Assembly (NCBI GenBank): GCA_023205875.1
Contig: CP060758.1
Location: 682,001 to 746,000, forward strand
DNA length: 64,000 bases
Direction of reading: 5' to 3'
Origin: Chloropicon primus
Lineage: Eukaryota
Shown: positions 1 through 10,147 of the stretch, one piece after another
How the letters are laid out: each line of letters opens with the position of its first letter
Numbering within the stretch: the stretch's first letter is position 1
Made by a program: the position numbers and the translations under genes
The notes under the pieces: generated by a model
What the model was told of the DNA's origin: nothing
The model's database searches: none
The model's input: the letters and a program-made list of their open reading frames with translations, nothing else

Positions 1-1
1 C

Positions 2-313
2 ACCAACAGCAGGCCGTACGGACACGCTTTGGTGGTGGGCCTCTCCAAGTACCCACGCAAGGTGACCAAGCGCTCCTCGGACAAGACCAGGGAGAAGAGG
101 ATGAAGATGAAGACCTTCGTCAAGCTCGTCAACTACAACCACTTGATGCCCACGAGGTACTCCTTGGACGTTGATCTGAAGGCGAACATCACCCCTGACG
201 TCGTGGACAACGCCACCAAGAGAAAGAGCGCTTCCATCGAGGCCCGCAAGGTCTTCGAGGAAAAGTTCAAGACCGGAAAGTCCAAGTGGTTCTTCTCCAA
301 GCTCAGATTCTAA
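2..313 (+). CDS. RPL27: 60S ribosomal protein L27 (eL27), 5'-truncated by window
   Basis: Frame reads ...RPYGHALVVGLSKYPRKV...FVKLVNYNHLMPTRY...WFFSKLRF*, the canonical eL27 C-terminal half. Confidence 0.97.
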   Translation, partial: TNSRPYGHALVVGLSKYPRKVTKRSSDKTREKRMKMKTFVKLVNYNHLMPTRYSLDVDLKANITPDVVDNATKRKSASIEARKVFEEKFKTGKSKWFFSKLRF

Positions 314-875
314 GGCGGAGAGACCGCTCGGGGGTTGGGTGCCTTCCTCGGTGCGACGAGGGGAGCAAAAAACAAAAAGAACTTAGTTATAGAAAAATAA
401 TATTCGCCAGGGCCGGGCTCTTTCGGGGAAACGGAGGACCGTCTGCAGAAAATATTAAGCATATGTAATATGACCTAAAAACCTGAAAACGTCGTTGTCA
501 CTTGTTCCGTTCCTTGTCCTGGTCGCCCGCTCGCTCGCACGCAAGCGCACACGAACACACACACACACACACAACAGAGAGAGAGAGAGCTTGGGCCAGG
601 GTCGCCCACACCTCTCTGGGGAATCCTCACTCAAGAGCGCAGGCGTCTGGCGAGGGAGGCGTTAGCGGGGTCGAGGCTTCTTGTGGGTTCTTTCTTTTGG
701 TTCTCAAAAAAGAACAGGTTCTCAAAATAATACAGTTTTTTTGTCTATTTCATTATTGCGCAAGGTTTTGTTATAATCACCTAAACCAAACCAAGTCTCC
801 AGTTCTCCTCAGCCCCCCGCGAAAAGCTTGAGCGCGCCAAGCAGCACCGCGGGGGCCCATCTCTGGGTGGACTCC

Positions 876-1820
876 TTAACGGTTGGCCTTGGCAACACGC
901 TCAATCTCGTCCTTCTTCTTGATGGCGTAAGAGTTGGAAGATCCCTTGGCGGCATTAATAAGTTCATCAGCAAGGCACTCTGGAAGAGTCTTGATGTTCC
1001 TGAAAGCGGCCTCACGAGCTCCGGTGGTGAGCAACCAGATGGCCTGGTTGACACGCCTGAGCGGGGAAACATCAACAGCCTGTCTCCTGACAACACCAGC
1101 AGAACCGATTCTTGTGGCGTCTTCCCTTGGTCCACTGTTGATCACGGCGTCCACGAGAATCTGGATAGGGTTCTGGTCGGTCAAGAGGTTAATGACGTCG
1201 AAGGTGTGCTTGACGATCCTGTTGGCCATCAACTTCTTACCGTTGTTGCGTCCGTGCATCATCAAGGAGCAAGCAAGTCTCTCCGCGATGGGGCACTGGG
1301 CCTTCCTGAACCTCTTGGCCTGGTATCTACCGGCGGTATGTGGAACATAAACCGCAACCTTTGGCTTGACGGCGATGTAGTCCTCCAACGCCATGTCGTT
1401 GACCTGGCAAGAGCGAGAGAGAAGCAACAGTCGTCTTGCTGTCAGAACAGAAACCCCCCCAAAACAAAAAAAAAACAAATGCTCGGGTTGCGGGTCGAGG
1501 AAAAGAAAACACGACGGGGAGGACGCAAAGGAGCCAAGGGAAAGGAAGGGCGTCCGCGCGCACGCAAAGGAGCCTCAGTTTGGGAGCCTTCTCGTCACGG
1601 GAAGCGCACGCACGCGCACGCCCACCACCCCGAGCAAAGGCAAAGGCCACGCCAAACCCCTCTTCCCCTCGCTCCTCCCGTCCTCGCTCCCCTCGCTCCA
1701 ACAAAAAGAAAAAAGAGTGTGTGTGTGTGTGTGCGTGTGGAACACCTGAAGCAAAGCACTCACCTCGATCTCGTCGTAGGTCCATTTCCCGAAAAGCTTC
1801 ACGTCGTTAGCGTACGCCAT
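876..1820 (-). CDS. RPS5: 40S ribosomal protein S5 (uS7); exons 1820-1764 and 1403-876
   Basis: VKLFGKW | [10 protein letters not shown]...[19 protein letters not shown]...[12 protein letters not shown]...VAKANR. Phase-0 intron GTGAGT..CAG at 1763-1404. Confidence 0.97.
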
Positions 1821-2561
1821 GGTGGTCTCCTATCGTGCTGGTTCTCCCTTCTCCACAGGTGAAGTGATCGATCGATCGGCGCTCCTGCCCTTCTCTCTCC
1901 CTCTTGGTTTTTTTTTTTGCGCTCCGTTTAACATGGATTTTCTACAGGAATTCGGCGGCGAACGAAGGGATTTTCTTCTGGCGGCGGAGTTTTGTGTATT
2001 TAAGTGTAAACACGGGGACACCGCAAAATGGTCCCCGAGGGGAAGAGAGAGAGAGAGACATCGTATAATTCCAAGATTGTCCCTGTGTCACAGAGAGAGA
2101 GAGAGAGAGGGGCAACCTGGATTGGTGTTGTGTGGCACGCTTGGGGGTGTACCTCGTCTTGATAGAGTCGAATTCATTGTGCCTGCTTTCCCACGCCGTT
2201 TGCGCTCTTCTTCTCCTTCTTCTTCTTCTTCAGAGAGAGAAAGAGAGAAAGAGAGAGAGAGACGGCTCCGGTCTTCCCTTTGTTCTCAGCAGAGGTCTGG
2301 GGACAGACGGGAGCAAGCCACTCGTTCCATCGGACTGCTGCGCTTCCTCCTCTTTGCGCCTCGCCTTGGAATTCCAAAATTGTCCCGTGGAGGTAGAGGG
2401 GAGGGGCCTTGATTGGTGTTGTGGGACGCTTGGGGTTGGGTGTGAGTTGGGAGGGGAAGTCGGGACGAGAGGTCTGCTCGAGGGCTTTCGAGTGGGTGGC
2501 CTTTGTCGACGGCGGCGTCGGCGTGGGAGGTGTTCTGGTTCACGTTCAGGGTGGTGACAAA

Positions 2562-3818
2562 ATGCCGTCAAAGAAGGGTGAGGACAAGCACAAGCGGCTT
2601 CCGGGCTACAAGCTGTCGAAGATACAGCACCACATTCTGGGCTGGCTGCCGTACTTGCTGTCCCTGGCCGCGTTCGGTTCGTGCACAATAGTCCACCGTT
2701 TCAAGCTTCCGGGCTTCTTCTACGGCTACATCGTCACGGCGGCCTACGCGCTCTACGGCATGGCCCTGAGCGACTACTTCAAGCTCGGGAGGTGAGTCTG
2801 AAACCAAAGTACTTGTCGTGACCGGCTTGGGACTCGCTGCTGACACGAATTTCTTTTTGCTCGCTCCCCGCTCCCCGCCCCTCGCCTCGCACAAGGCACA
2901 AGTACTACGTCGACGGAGTGAGAAGGCCGGTGCTCAGGGGATGGTCTCAGACCGTCCTCTTCATTTTTGTATACCCGCTTCTTTGCTGGCACATGCTGGT
3001 GGACCCTCGCGTCCAAGACCAGTTCTTGGCTCCGAGATGGTAAGCAAGCGACAAACGTTGACCTCCCGCGCGCGTCCCGCGAACCAAGTCTGACCCGGTG
3101 AGCGCTTCATCTTGCTTCCAACGGTTAGGGTGAGAATTTTGTTTTTGGGTGGAATGGGTGTGAGCATGTCAGGGACGTTCCTGCTCCACCAGATGCTTTA
3201 CCTCCAGTACTGGGCCTCCCTCCTCGTGAGGTGGGTGGACTGCCTGGCCATCAACCTCCAGCTGGCGACCGGCCTCCTCTGCTACGGCCAGTGCTGGAGA
3301 ATGTGGCCCATAGTAGCGCTCAGCGCGGTCCTGACGGGGTGCTCCTGCGTCCTGCTGAGCTTGGAGACAAGGCTGCGATGGCGCACCCCACCCGTGAATG
3401 ATGGCGTCAACATCGGTTCCGAGAGGTACGTAGTCGCTCGAGCTCACTTCGGCACCAGTCCCCTCCCCCAGCTAACCTAACCCATGCACGTTTTGCCCAA
3501 CTCCCTTTGTTTCGCTGCATTCGCTTCGCCTTCGGTCCGGTCCGCAGGGCAAACGTGGAGTGGTACAGGCTCTACATCACGGCAGGCCAAGGAGTCCTGG
3601 TTTGTTTCCTGGGCCCCGCGCTGGATGGCTTCACGCCGGTGTCCGTCTGTTCCAGCATGACCCTGCTCGTCGGCCTCCTCATTTACGGCTTTGGCAACCA
3701 GTACAAGGTCGAGCTTCCATGGAACAACATCGATCTGTGGCACTTCCACGACGACTTTCACTTGCTTATCTGCGCGACGCAAGTGTGCACTGCTCTCATC
3801 GCCACCAGACTCGCGTGA
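2562..3818 (+). CDS. Hemolysin-III/PAQR (CREST superfamily) multi-pass membrane protein; exons 2562-2791, 2896-3039, 3129-3425, 3548-3818
   Basis: Spliced product (313 aa) has RPVLRGWS, TFLLH, RWVDCLAI and HDDFH, resembling HlyIII motifs. Three GT-AG introns keep the frame. Confidence 0.7.
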
Positions 3819-3917
3819 CGAGAATTTTGTAAGAGGGGCTTTCCAAAAAACAAGGGCTTCTTAATAATATAATACAGTACGATAGGTGATGCCATCGTTT
3901 TTGACCGCAACGACCAA

Positions 3918-4470
3918 TCAGCCAAAGATGGTCTTCACCAGGATGACCACCGTGTTCAGAAAGATCAGTGGAACCCGCAGGTACGAACAAGCGTGAAGGA
4001 ACCCAGCAAGCTAGGAGTGTGTGTGTGTGGGGGGGTGAGGAACAAAACAAGCAGCAAGGTAGGGCGTCAGGCCAGACAGCTCTTGCAAAGCAGGCAAACA
4101 ACCTGAAAGTGGCGCGGTTCGCTTCACCGTACTCACCTGTCCCTTCAAGCTGGTGCCCTGGGCGGGGCCGCCGTAGAAAGAGTCCGCGTTCGTCGCCGAG
4201 GCCAGCGTGATTCCACCTGATACGCGCAAACGCCGAGAAAAACCGAACACGAGCAGGGGTCAGTCGAAACGTACGACGACGGCCCACGACAGCCGAAGCA
4301 CCCACACCCACACGAACCGGTCAGCAGCAGCACAACGTGCTGACTCTCGCTGATCGCGCGGCAAAAGATCTTCACTCACGTTTTTTCAGAAACCTTTCCT
4401 CATTCAGGATGGCGAAAGCGTTCGTGAAGAGCAGCACCGCTTGGAGTATCGTCCACAAGGACAGAGCCAT
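3918..4470 (-). CDS. YOS1: Yos1/IER3IP1 ER-Golgi transport small membrane protein; exons 4470-4380, 4216-4137, 4010-3918
   Basis: MALSLWTILQAVLLFTNAFAILNEERFL...SLKGQLAGFLHACSYLRVPLIFLNTVVILVKTIFG*; 87 aa after removing two GTGAGT..AG introns. Confidence 0.92.
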
Positions 4471-4606
4471 CCTCGACCCGTTCCTCCGTCCTCGCCAGAA
4501 CGCCGTATCCTTCAAGCGACAGCTCTTTCGAAAGAGGAAGAGATGATGCTTCACCCTGTCCCACGAACCTCCCGTTCCAACCCACGTCCTCGTCGCCCCT
4601 TCCCTC

Positions 4607-4637
<31 letters not shown>

Positions 4638-4915
4638 CCCTCGCCGGTCGCCCGTTCAATTTTTTTCTCTCAAAAATCGACAGCTGCAGGTTAACGGGAA
4701 AGCAGCTGCAGGTTTTCGCTCCGCGAGGGAAACACAGGTGAGTGCAGCGACCAACAGAGGGGGTTTGAGCCACGGGGGTTGTGCTCACCGCACTTGTCGT
4801 GCCTTCCTCATTCCAACGAGCCTTCGCTCGGAAGAAATGAGCGAGTGGTGACGATTGAAGTTGACTGAAACACGAGGTGTGTCTTGACCTGTGAAGCGGA
4901 ATCAAGGTTGCTACC

Positions 4916-7006
4916 ATGGGGCCCGTGGGTGCGGTCGCGCGAATGGGTCTTCCAAAACTGGGCGGAGTGATCGCTGTCTTAGTGTCGCGTCTGTTTCTGA
5001 AGAAGCGCGCGAGGAAGAGGTTGACCGGCGCAGGATTTCTTCTCAGGTCGCCCCTGGGTGCCGGGCTGCGGTCGAGGCTGGTGCTGCTCGCGCCAGTGTC
5101 CAGCAGCATCGTCACTTACACGCTGCTGAGGTCGCTGGCGAGGCTCACGGGGAGCCCCGTAGACAGATTCTTGCAGTTTTACGAGGGGGCCTTCCCCATG
5201 GCTCTGGACTACCTGGGGGCGAGAGCCAGGGCGCGACGACTACGACGACGTCTGCGGTCTCGCGGGGAAGGGGTTGGTGACCAGGCGGCCACAATGAAGG
5301 AGAAGCTGTGCGAGATGTGGGAAGAGAGGCACGAGCAGAGCTCTCTCGAGTTGATCAATCTGTTGAACGAGCTCGGCGGTTTCTACCTGAAAGTCGGACA
5401 GGTGTTTGCGACTAAGCAAGACCTCTTGCCCTTCCAATACACGAAGAGGCTGAAGCTTCTGTTCGACAGCTGCAAGGCGAGTCCAGGGGACTACATTCGC
5501 GAGATGCTGGTGTCGGAGCTTGGAGGGGACGAGAGCTTCGCTAGCTTTGACTACGAACCCATTGCTAGCGCCACGATAGCACAGGTCCACAGGGCCACTG
5601 GAGTTCAGGGCGGTGAGAAGACTCGGCTGGCAGTGAAAATCCTCCATAAAGATGTCGAGAAGCTGATGAAGAGCGACATTGGCAACCTGATTGCCTTCAC
5701 TGACTTCGTGCAGGAGAAGCTGAACTTGAGGTTCAACGTGGACCAAGCGAGCATCATGCGCGAGTACAGAGACATTGTGCCCCAAGAGTTCGATTTTGTT
5801 CGCGAGGTTCGAAACCTCAGGCGGATCGCAAAGAGAATAGAAGGTAGCAACGTCGTCACTCCTGTGGCTCTTTCGCACCTCTGCACCGAAAAGATCATCA
5901 CGATGACATTTTTAGAGGGCCCAACCTTCAGCCAGATCATCGAGCAGCAGGAGAGGCTCCACGAGCAGAGCGAGTCGGCCGAGCAAGGACTGCCGGTGGG
6001 TCGAGACATCGACCTTTCCACCTTTCGGCCGAAGGAGCTTCTCACTTCTCTCCTCGAGGCCTTTGGGCAGCAGATCTTCGAGGAAGAGATCTTCCACGGG
6101 GATCCACATCCTGGAAACTTGGTTTGGGTGGCCGAGGACAAAGTCGGCCTGATTGACTTTGGCGAATGCAAAGAATTGCGAAAGGATCAGGTCGTCCTTC
6201 TTGCCAAGATGACGATAGCTCTGGCCAGGGGAACCCGGGAAATGATTGGGGAGGCCCTCGACAACACTGGGGTGATTGTCGAGGGCGTTGCGTCCGACTT
6301 CAAGGCCACCGTTGCGAAGATCCTATTCGACACGAGAATGGATTTCAGCGAGGCCCACATGTCCCCGCTTGACTCGCACGCACCGCAAGAGATGAAGTTG
6401 GTCAATGTCAAGACAGTCCCGGAGGATGTATTCATGGTCATCAGAGTCGTGACGCTTCTCCGGGGCTTGATGGCTGCCTTTGCCTGCGACGTTTCGGCAT
6501 CTAGTGTGTGGGAGAAATACGCGAGAGCTGCCCTGGACAAGTACGGCGTGCAAGTCCCTGTTCCCGAGAATTCCACCCTCGGGGCCGAGACGGACAACCC
6601 CCTCCACGGCGTGGGCGTAACTCCCAGGGACGTCGGAGCCATCTTCAGGGACATGAAGATCGTTGCCCAGTGGATGAAGAAAAACGGCCTGCCTCACAAC
6701 AGGCAAAGCCTGACGCCCATGGCCATCCACGGCGTAACTTCGATAAAGGTCTTGGCTGCCCTCGCCATGACATCCGACCCAATCCTTGATGCCGCGCTCG
6801 CAAGGTTTACCGAGGAAGAGCAAAGAAGGGCCAAGGGCCTTGCCGTCGACCAGGAGAGGGACGCCATCTGGAGGGAGCAGGCCCTGATCAAGGAGCAGAC
6901 GCTTCTCAGGGAAGTAGCCGCGGCTGAAGTGCCAAAGCCGCCGAAGAACAAGAAAAAGAGGAGCCTCAAGTCAAAGTTTGCACAATTCTTCCTCACAAAG
7001 ATATAA
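4916..7006 (+). CDS. ABC1/ADCK (UbiB) atypical protein kinase
   Basis: GGFYLKVGQ, PIASATIAQVHRA, AVK, FHGDPHPGN, LIDFG motifs. Confidence 0.93.
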   Translation: MGPVGAVARMGLPKLGGVIAVLVSRLFLKKRARKRLTGAGFLLRSPLGAGLRSRLVLLAPVSSSIVTYTLLRSLARLTGSPVDRFLQFYEGAFPMALDYLGARARARRLRRRLRSRGEGVGDQAATMKEKLCEMWEERHEQSSLELINLLNELGGFYLKVGQVFATKQDLLPFQYTKRLKLLFDSCKASPGDYIREMLVSELGGDESFASFDYEPIASATIAQVHRATGVQGGEKTRLAVKILHKDVEKLMKSDIGNLIAFTDFVQEKLNLRFNVDQASIMREYRDIVPQEFDFVREVRNLRRIAKRIEGSNVVTPVALSHLCTEKIITMTFLEGPTFSQIIEQQERLHEQSESAEQGLPVGRDIDLSTFRPKELLTSLLEAFGQQIFEEEIFHGDPHPGNLVWVAEDKVGLIDFGECKELRKDQVVLLAKMTIALARGTREMIGEALDNTGVIVEGVASDFKATVAKILFDTRMDFSEAHMSPLDSHAPQEMKLVNVKTVPEDVFMVIRVVTLLRGLMAAFACDVSASSVWEKYARAALDKYGVQVPVPENSTLGAETDNPLHGVGVTPRDVGAIFRDMKIVAQWMKKNGLPHNRQSLTPMAIHGVTSIKVLAALAMTSDPILDAALARFTEEEQRRAKGLAVDQERDAIWREQALIKEQTLLREVAAAEVPKPPKNKKKRSLKSKFAQFFLTKI

Positions 7007-7154
7007 AGCTACCACTTTTATCATCCAAGCTCCTGGCATTGCGGACGAGGACGACCAATGAATCATTCATCACTCGGACAAGGACAACCACTGAAAGGTT
7101 GTTCTTGATCCTCCCCCAGAATCCGCGAACCCGCTACGTTACTTTTCCCGGGCA

Positions 7155-9047
7155 ATGGAGGAGGCGCTCGACGAGCCGCTGCTGGAGGAGAGAAGGCGGT
7201 CGGGGAGCGCCTCGACGCAAGCCTCCAGGGAGGACGATGGTGCGGGGGTTAAGCGATGGACGATACGGAGAGTCGTGCTGCAGGAGAGCGCCTGGCTTGC
7301 GCTGGGTTGCGTCGTGCTCCTCATACGGATGCCGTTTTCGATCGCGATGCCGTACTTCCAGGCTCTCGTGCTCGCCAAGCTGGCGGGTCACGAGCGACAC
7401 GAGGTGTGGAGCACGATCAAGTTCATGGCGGGCGCCGGGTGCATTGATGCAGTCCTGGACTTCTGGTGCGTGTACCTCTTCAGCTACACCAAGAGCAGGC
7501 TGATCAAGAGTTTGCGTTTGAAGCTGTTCGAGAAGGTCCTGGCTCAGGAGATAGGATACTTTGACGTCACGCCATCTGGCGAGCTGTCGAGCAGGCTCAC
7601 GACCGACATCGCCACCCTGGCTAACGACATGACATGGGTGTTCAGGTTCTCCATCGAGGCGGTGGCCCGCATCTTGGGCGTCTCGCTCACGCTGTTCCAC
7701 ACCGACTGGAGGCTCGCCCTCGTCACTTGCACCGCCGTGCCTCTGCTCGCTGGGGCGAACAGGCTCTACTCCAAGTTCCTGAGGGAGAATGCGATCCGCG
7801 TGCAGGACAGCCTCGCCAAGGCGAACTCGGTCGCCCAGGAGGTCCTCTCTTGCTTCAGGGTGGTCTACTCGTTCGCGAACGAGAAATACGAGTACCAACG
7901 GTACCAGAAGGAAGTCTCGAAGAACTTCCACCTGAACGTGAAGCAGGCCATCATCGATGGGTTTTACTACATGTTCGTCTCCACCTTTCTCATGAACACT
8001 GCAGTGCGGGTTCTGATCATTGGGTACGGCGCCCACCTCTTCTTTGCTGGTGAAATTGACTTTGAGAAGCTCTCGAGGTTTGTGTTCTTCCTCGACATGC
8101 TGCAGAACTGGTGCAACATGTTGTTCGACTCGTTCAGCAACTTGATCAAGAGCGGCGGAGCAAGCGCAAAAGTATTCGAGATTCTCAACAGGACGGGAGC
8201 AGCGGGCCGCGGCAAGGGGGGTGCCGGCGATGACCGTCGTGGCGACGACGAGGGCGAGCCGCTGGATCAGAGGAATGATGCAGCGGGGAGCGGACAAGGC
8301 CACGTTGCTTTTGAGAACGTTCACTTCTCTTACCCAGCGAGGCCAGGGGATATCGTCCTCAAGGGCATCACCTTCGAAGCCGAAGCTGGCAAAACACTCG
8401 CAATCATCGGAAGGAGCGGAAGTGGAAAGAGTACATTGATTCACCTCATCGAAAACTTTTACCAGCCTTCCGCGGGAAGGGTGTTGCTTGACGGCCGCGA
8501 CGTTCACTCCTTCGAGCACACTCGCCTTCATTCGATCGTCTCGATCGTCAATCAAGACACTGTGCTGTTCGGGGGAACGATCTACGACAACATCACGTAC
8601 TCGGTTCACAACAGCGGGGAGCCTCTCCTGGCCAGGGAGCTCATGCCTCGCGTGGTGGAGGCTGCCAAGGTGGCCAACATCCACGACTTCATCTCGAGCC
8701 TGCCGGAGGGATACGATACGGAAGTGGGCGAGCGGGGCGTGCAGCTCAGTGGTGGACAGAGGCAGAGGATCGCGATTGCGAGGGCTGTCTTGATGAATCC
8801 CCGGGTCCTTCTTCTAGATGAGGCGACGAGCTCGTTGGACAACGAGAGTGAGAAGGCGGTCAAGGACGCGCTCGACCGGGTGATGGAGAATAAGACCGTG
8901 ATCGTGGTCGCTCACAGGCTGAGCACGATCATGAATGCCCACTCCATTCTCGTGATGGAGGACGGCGCCATCGTGGATTGCGGTCCGCCGTCCGGAATGC
9001 AAGACCGCCTGAGGAGCGGGGCGGCGGACATGGAGATACTAGAGTGA
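7155..9047 (+). CDS. ABCB half-size ABC transporter (TAP/ABCB9-like)
   Basis: TM domain with GELSSRLTTD; Walker A GRSGSGKS, signature LSGGQ, Walker B LLLDEATSSLD, AHRLST. Confidence 0.95.
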   Translation: MEEALDEPLLEERRRSGSASTQASREDDGAGVKRWTIRRVVLQESAWLALGCVVLLIRMPFSIAMPYFQALVLAKLAGHERHEVWSTIKFMAGAGCIDAVLDFWCVYLFSYTKSRLIKSLRLKLFEKVLAQEIGYFDVTPSGELSSRLTTDIATLANDMTWVFRFSIEAVARILGVSLTLFHTDWRLALVTCTAVPLLAGANRLYSKFLRENAIRVQDSLAKANSVAQEVLSCFRVVYSFANEKYEYQRYQKEVSKNFHLNVKQAIIDGFYYMFVSTFLMNTAVRVLIIGYGAHLFFAGEIDFEKLSRFVFFLDMLQNWCNMLFDSFSNLIKSGGASAKVFEILNRTGAAGRGKGGAGDDRRGDDEGEPLDQRNDAAGSGQGHVAFENVHFSYPARPGDIVLKGITFEAEAGKTLAIIGRSGSGKSTLIHLIENFYQPSAGRVLLDGRDVHSFEHTRLHSIVSIVNQDTVLFGGTIYDNITYSVHNSGEPLLARELMPRVVEAAKVANIHDFISSLPEGYDTEVGERGVQLSGGQRQRIAIARAVLMNPRVLLLDEATSSLDNESEKAVKDALDRVMENKTVIVVAHRLSTIMNAHSILVMEDGAIVDCGPPSGMQDRLRSGAADMEILE

Positions 9048-9132
9048 TTTACCACGAATTTACTTCGAGCCGTGCTGCTTTGTTGTTGCTGCTGCTGTTG
9101 TAATCGCGACAAAAAGACTTGGATATTCATGT

Positions 9133-9615
9133 TCAATCCGTCGTCGTCGTCGTGAATTCACCCGATTCGCTCTCTTCGAGCTTTTTGGTGAGCCTTTCCA
9201 CGAGCTTGCTGGCCTTCCCAGATGTCAGGGAGAGCTTCTTCTGCAAAGCCTTGCCCTTGCTCTTGAGCTTGGTCGTCACCCTCCTCTTGTCGCTCGCCTG
9301 GCCCACGAGGAACCCGTTTAGCTTGTTCTGGACTTGGTCGCTCGACTTTTGGATCCTTTCCTCCGTGCTCGTTCGGAACTTCCTCAGGTCCTCCCTGTGG
9401 GACCCGACGCTGGCCTGCAGCCTCGACTCTAAAGTCTGCAAGAACGTCTCCAGGTCCGCGGCGAACGTCTCATACGTTCGGTCGACGAGGCCTGAGCCCT
9501 CCCTTTTGGCGGGGCGCTTCTTCGCTTTGGAGAACTCCGCGGCCTTGGCCTTGGTCTTGGCCTGCGACCTCCTGCCTCCCTTCGCCCCGCTCTTCGAGTA
9601 ATACGAAGTCTCCAT
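9133..9615 (-). CDS. Hypothetical basic/coiled-coil protein (~160 aa)
   Basis: ORF with host-like codon usage from first ATG (9615); K/E-rich helical sequence; no family recognised; start uncertain. Confidence 0.55.
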   Translation of the reverse strand: METSYYSKSGAKGGRRSQAKTKAKAAEFSKAKKRPAKREGSGLVDRTYETFAADLETFLQTLESRLQASVGSHREDLRKFRTSTEERIQKSSDQVQNKLNGFLVGQASDKRRVTTKLKSKGKALQKKLSLTSGKASKLVERLTKKLEESESGEFTTTTTD

Positions 9616-9660
9616 GACTTTGTTTTGCCCCGCACGCACGGTCACCGCCCACTGCCTTGC

Positions 9661-9937
9661 ACCGATCACTGCCCACTGCCTTCACCGACTGCCTTCACCG
9701 ATCGACCGATCACTGCCCACTGCCTTCGCCGACTGCCTTCACCGATCGACCGATCACTGCCCACTGCCTTCGCCGACTGCCTTCACCGATCGACCGATCA
9801 CTGCCCACTGCCTTCACCGACTGCCTTCACCGACTGCCTTCACCGATCGACCGATCACTGCCCACTGCCTTCGCCGACTGCCTTCACCGATCGACCGATC
9901 ACTGCCCACTGCCTTCACCGACTGCCTTCACCGATCG
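9661..9937. repeat. Minisatellite: six copies of a 44-bp unit (one 57-bp variant)
   Basis: Unit ACCGATCACTGCCCACTGCCTTC(A/G)CCGACTGCCTTCACCGATCG starts at 9661, 9705, 9749, 9793 (extra 13-mer), 9850 and 9894. Confidence 0.97.
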
Positions 9938-10147
9938 ACCGATGGCAGTAACCGATCGAAAACCACCCTGCACCTTATCCAGAATTGGAGGTCGAGGTCG
10001 GAGCAAGGAGGCGCCTTGGACCGAAGTTTGGGAGGAGAGTGGCGGGAGCAGAGAGTTGGGGAGGGCGCGATCGCGTTGAACGGAAGCGCGTCTCAAGGAC
10101 CTTTCGTTTGAGACCTCGCTCGACCCGTTTGGACGAGAGGTGAGGCC

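Noticed and set aside
1404..1763. Intronic snoRNA in the RPS5 intron
   Set aside because: Only a GTGACGA/CTGA pair about 20 nt apart on the sense strand, too short for a C/D snoRNA.
9661..9937. Possible CRISPR array
   Set aside because: Units are contiguous with no unique spacers, there are no cas genes, and the context is eukaryotic; it is a minisatellite.
9614..10111. Plus-strand ORFs across the minisatellite
   Set aside because: They translate the tandem repeat in all three frames, an artefact of a stop-free unit.
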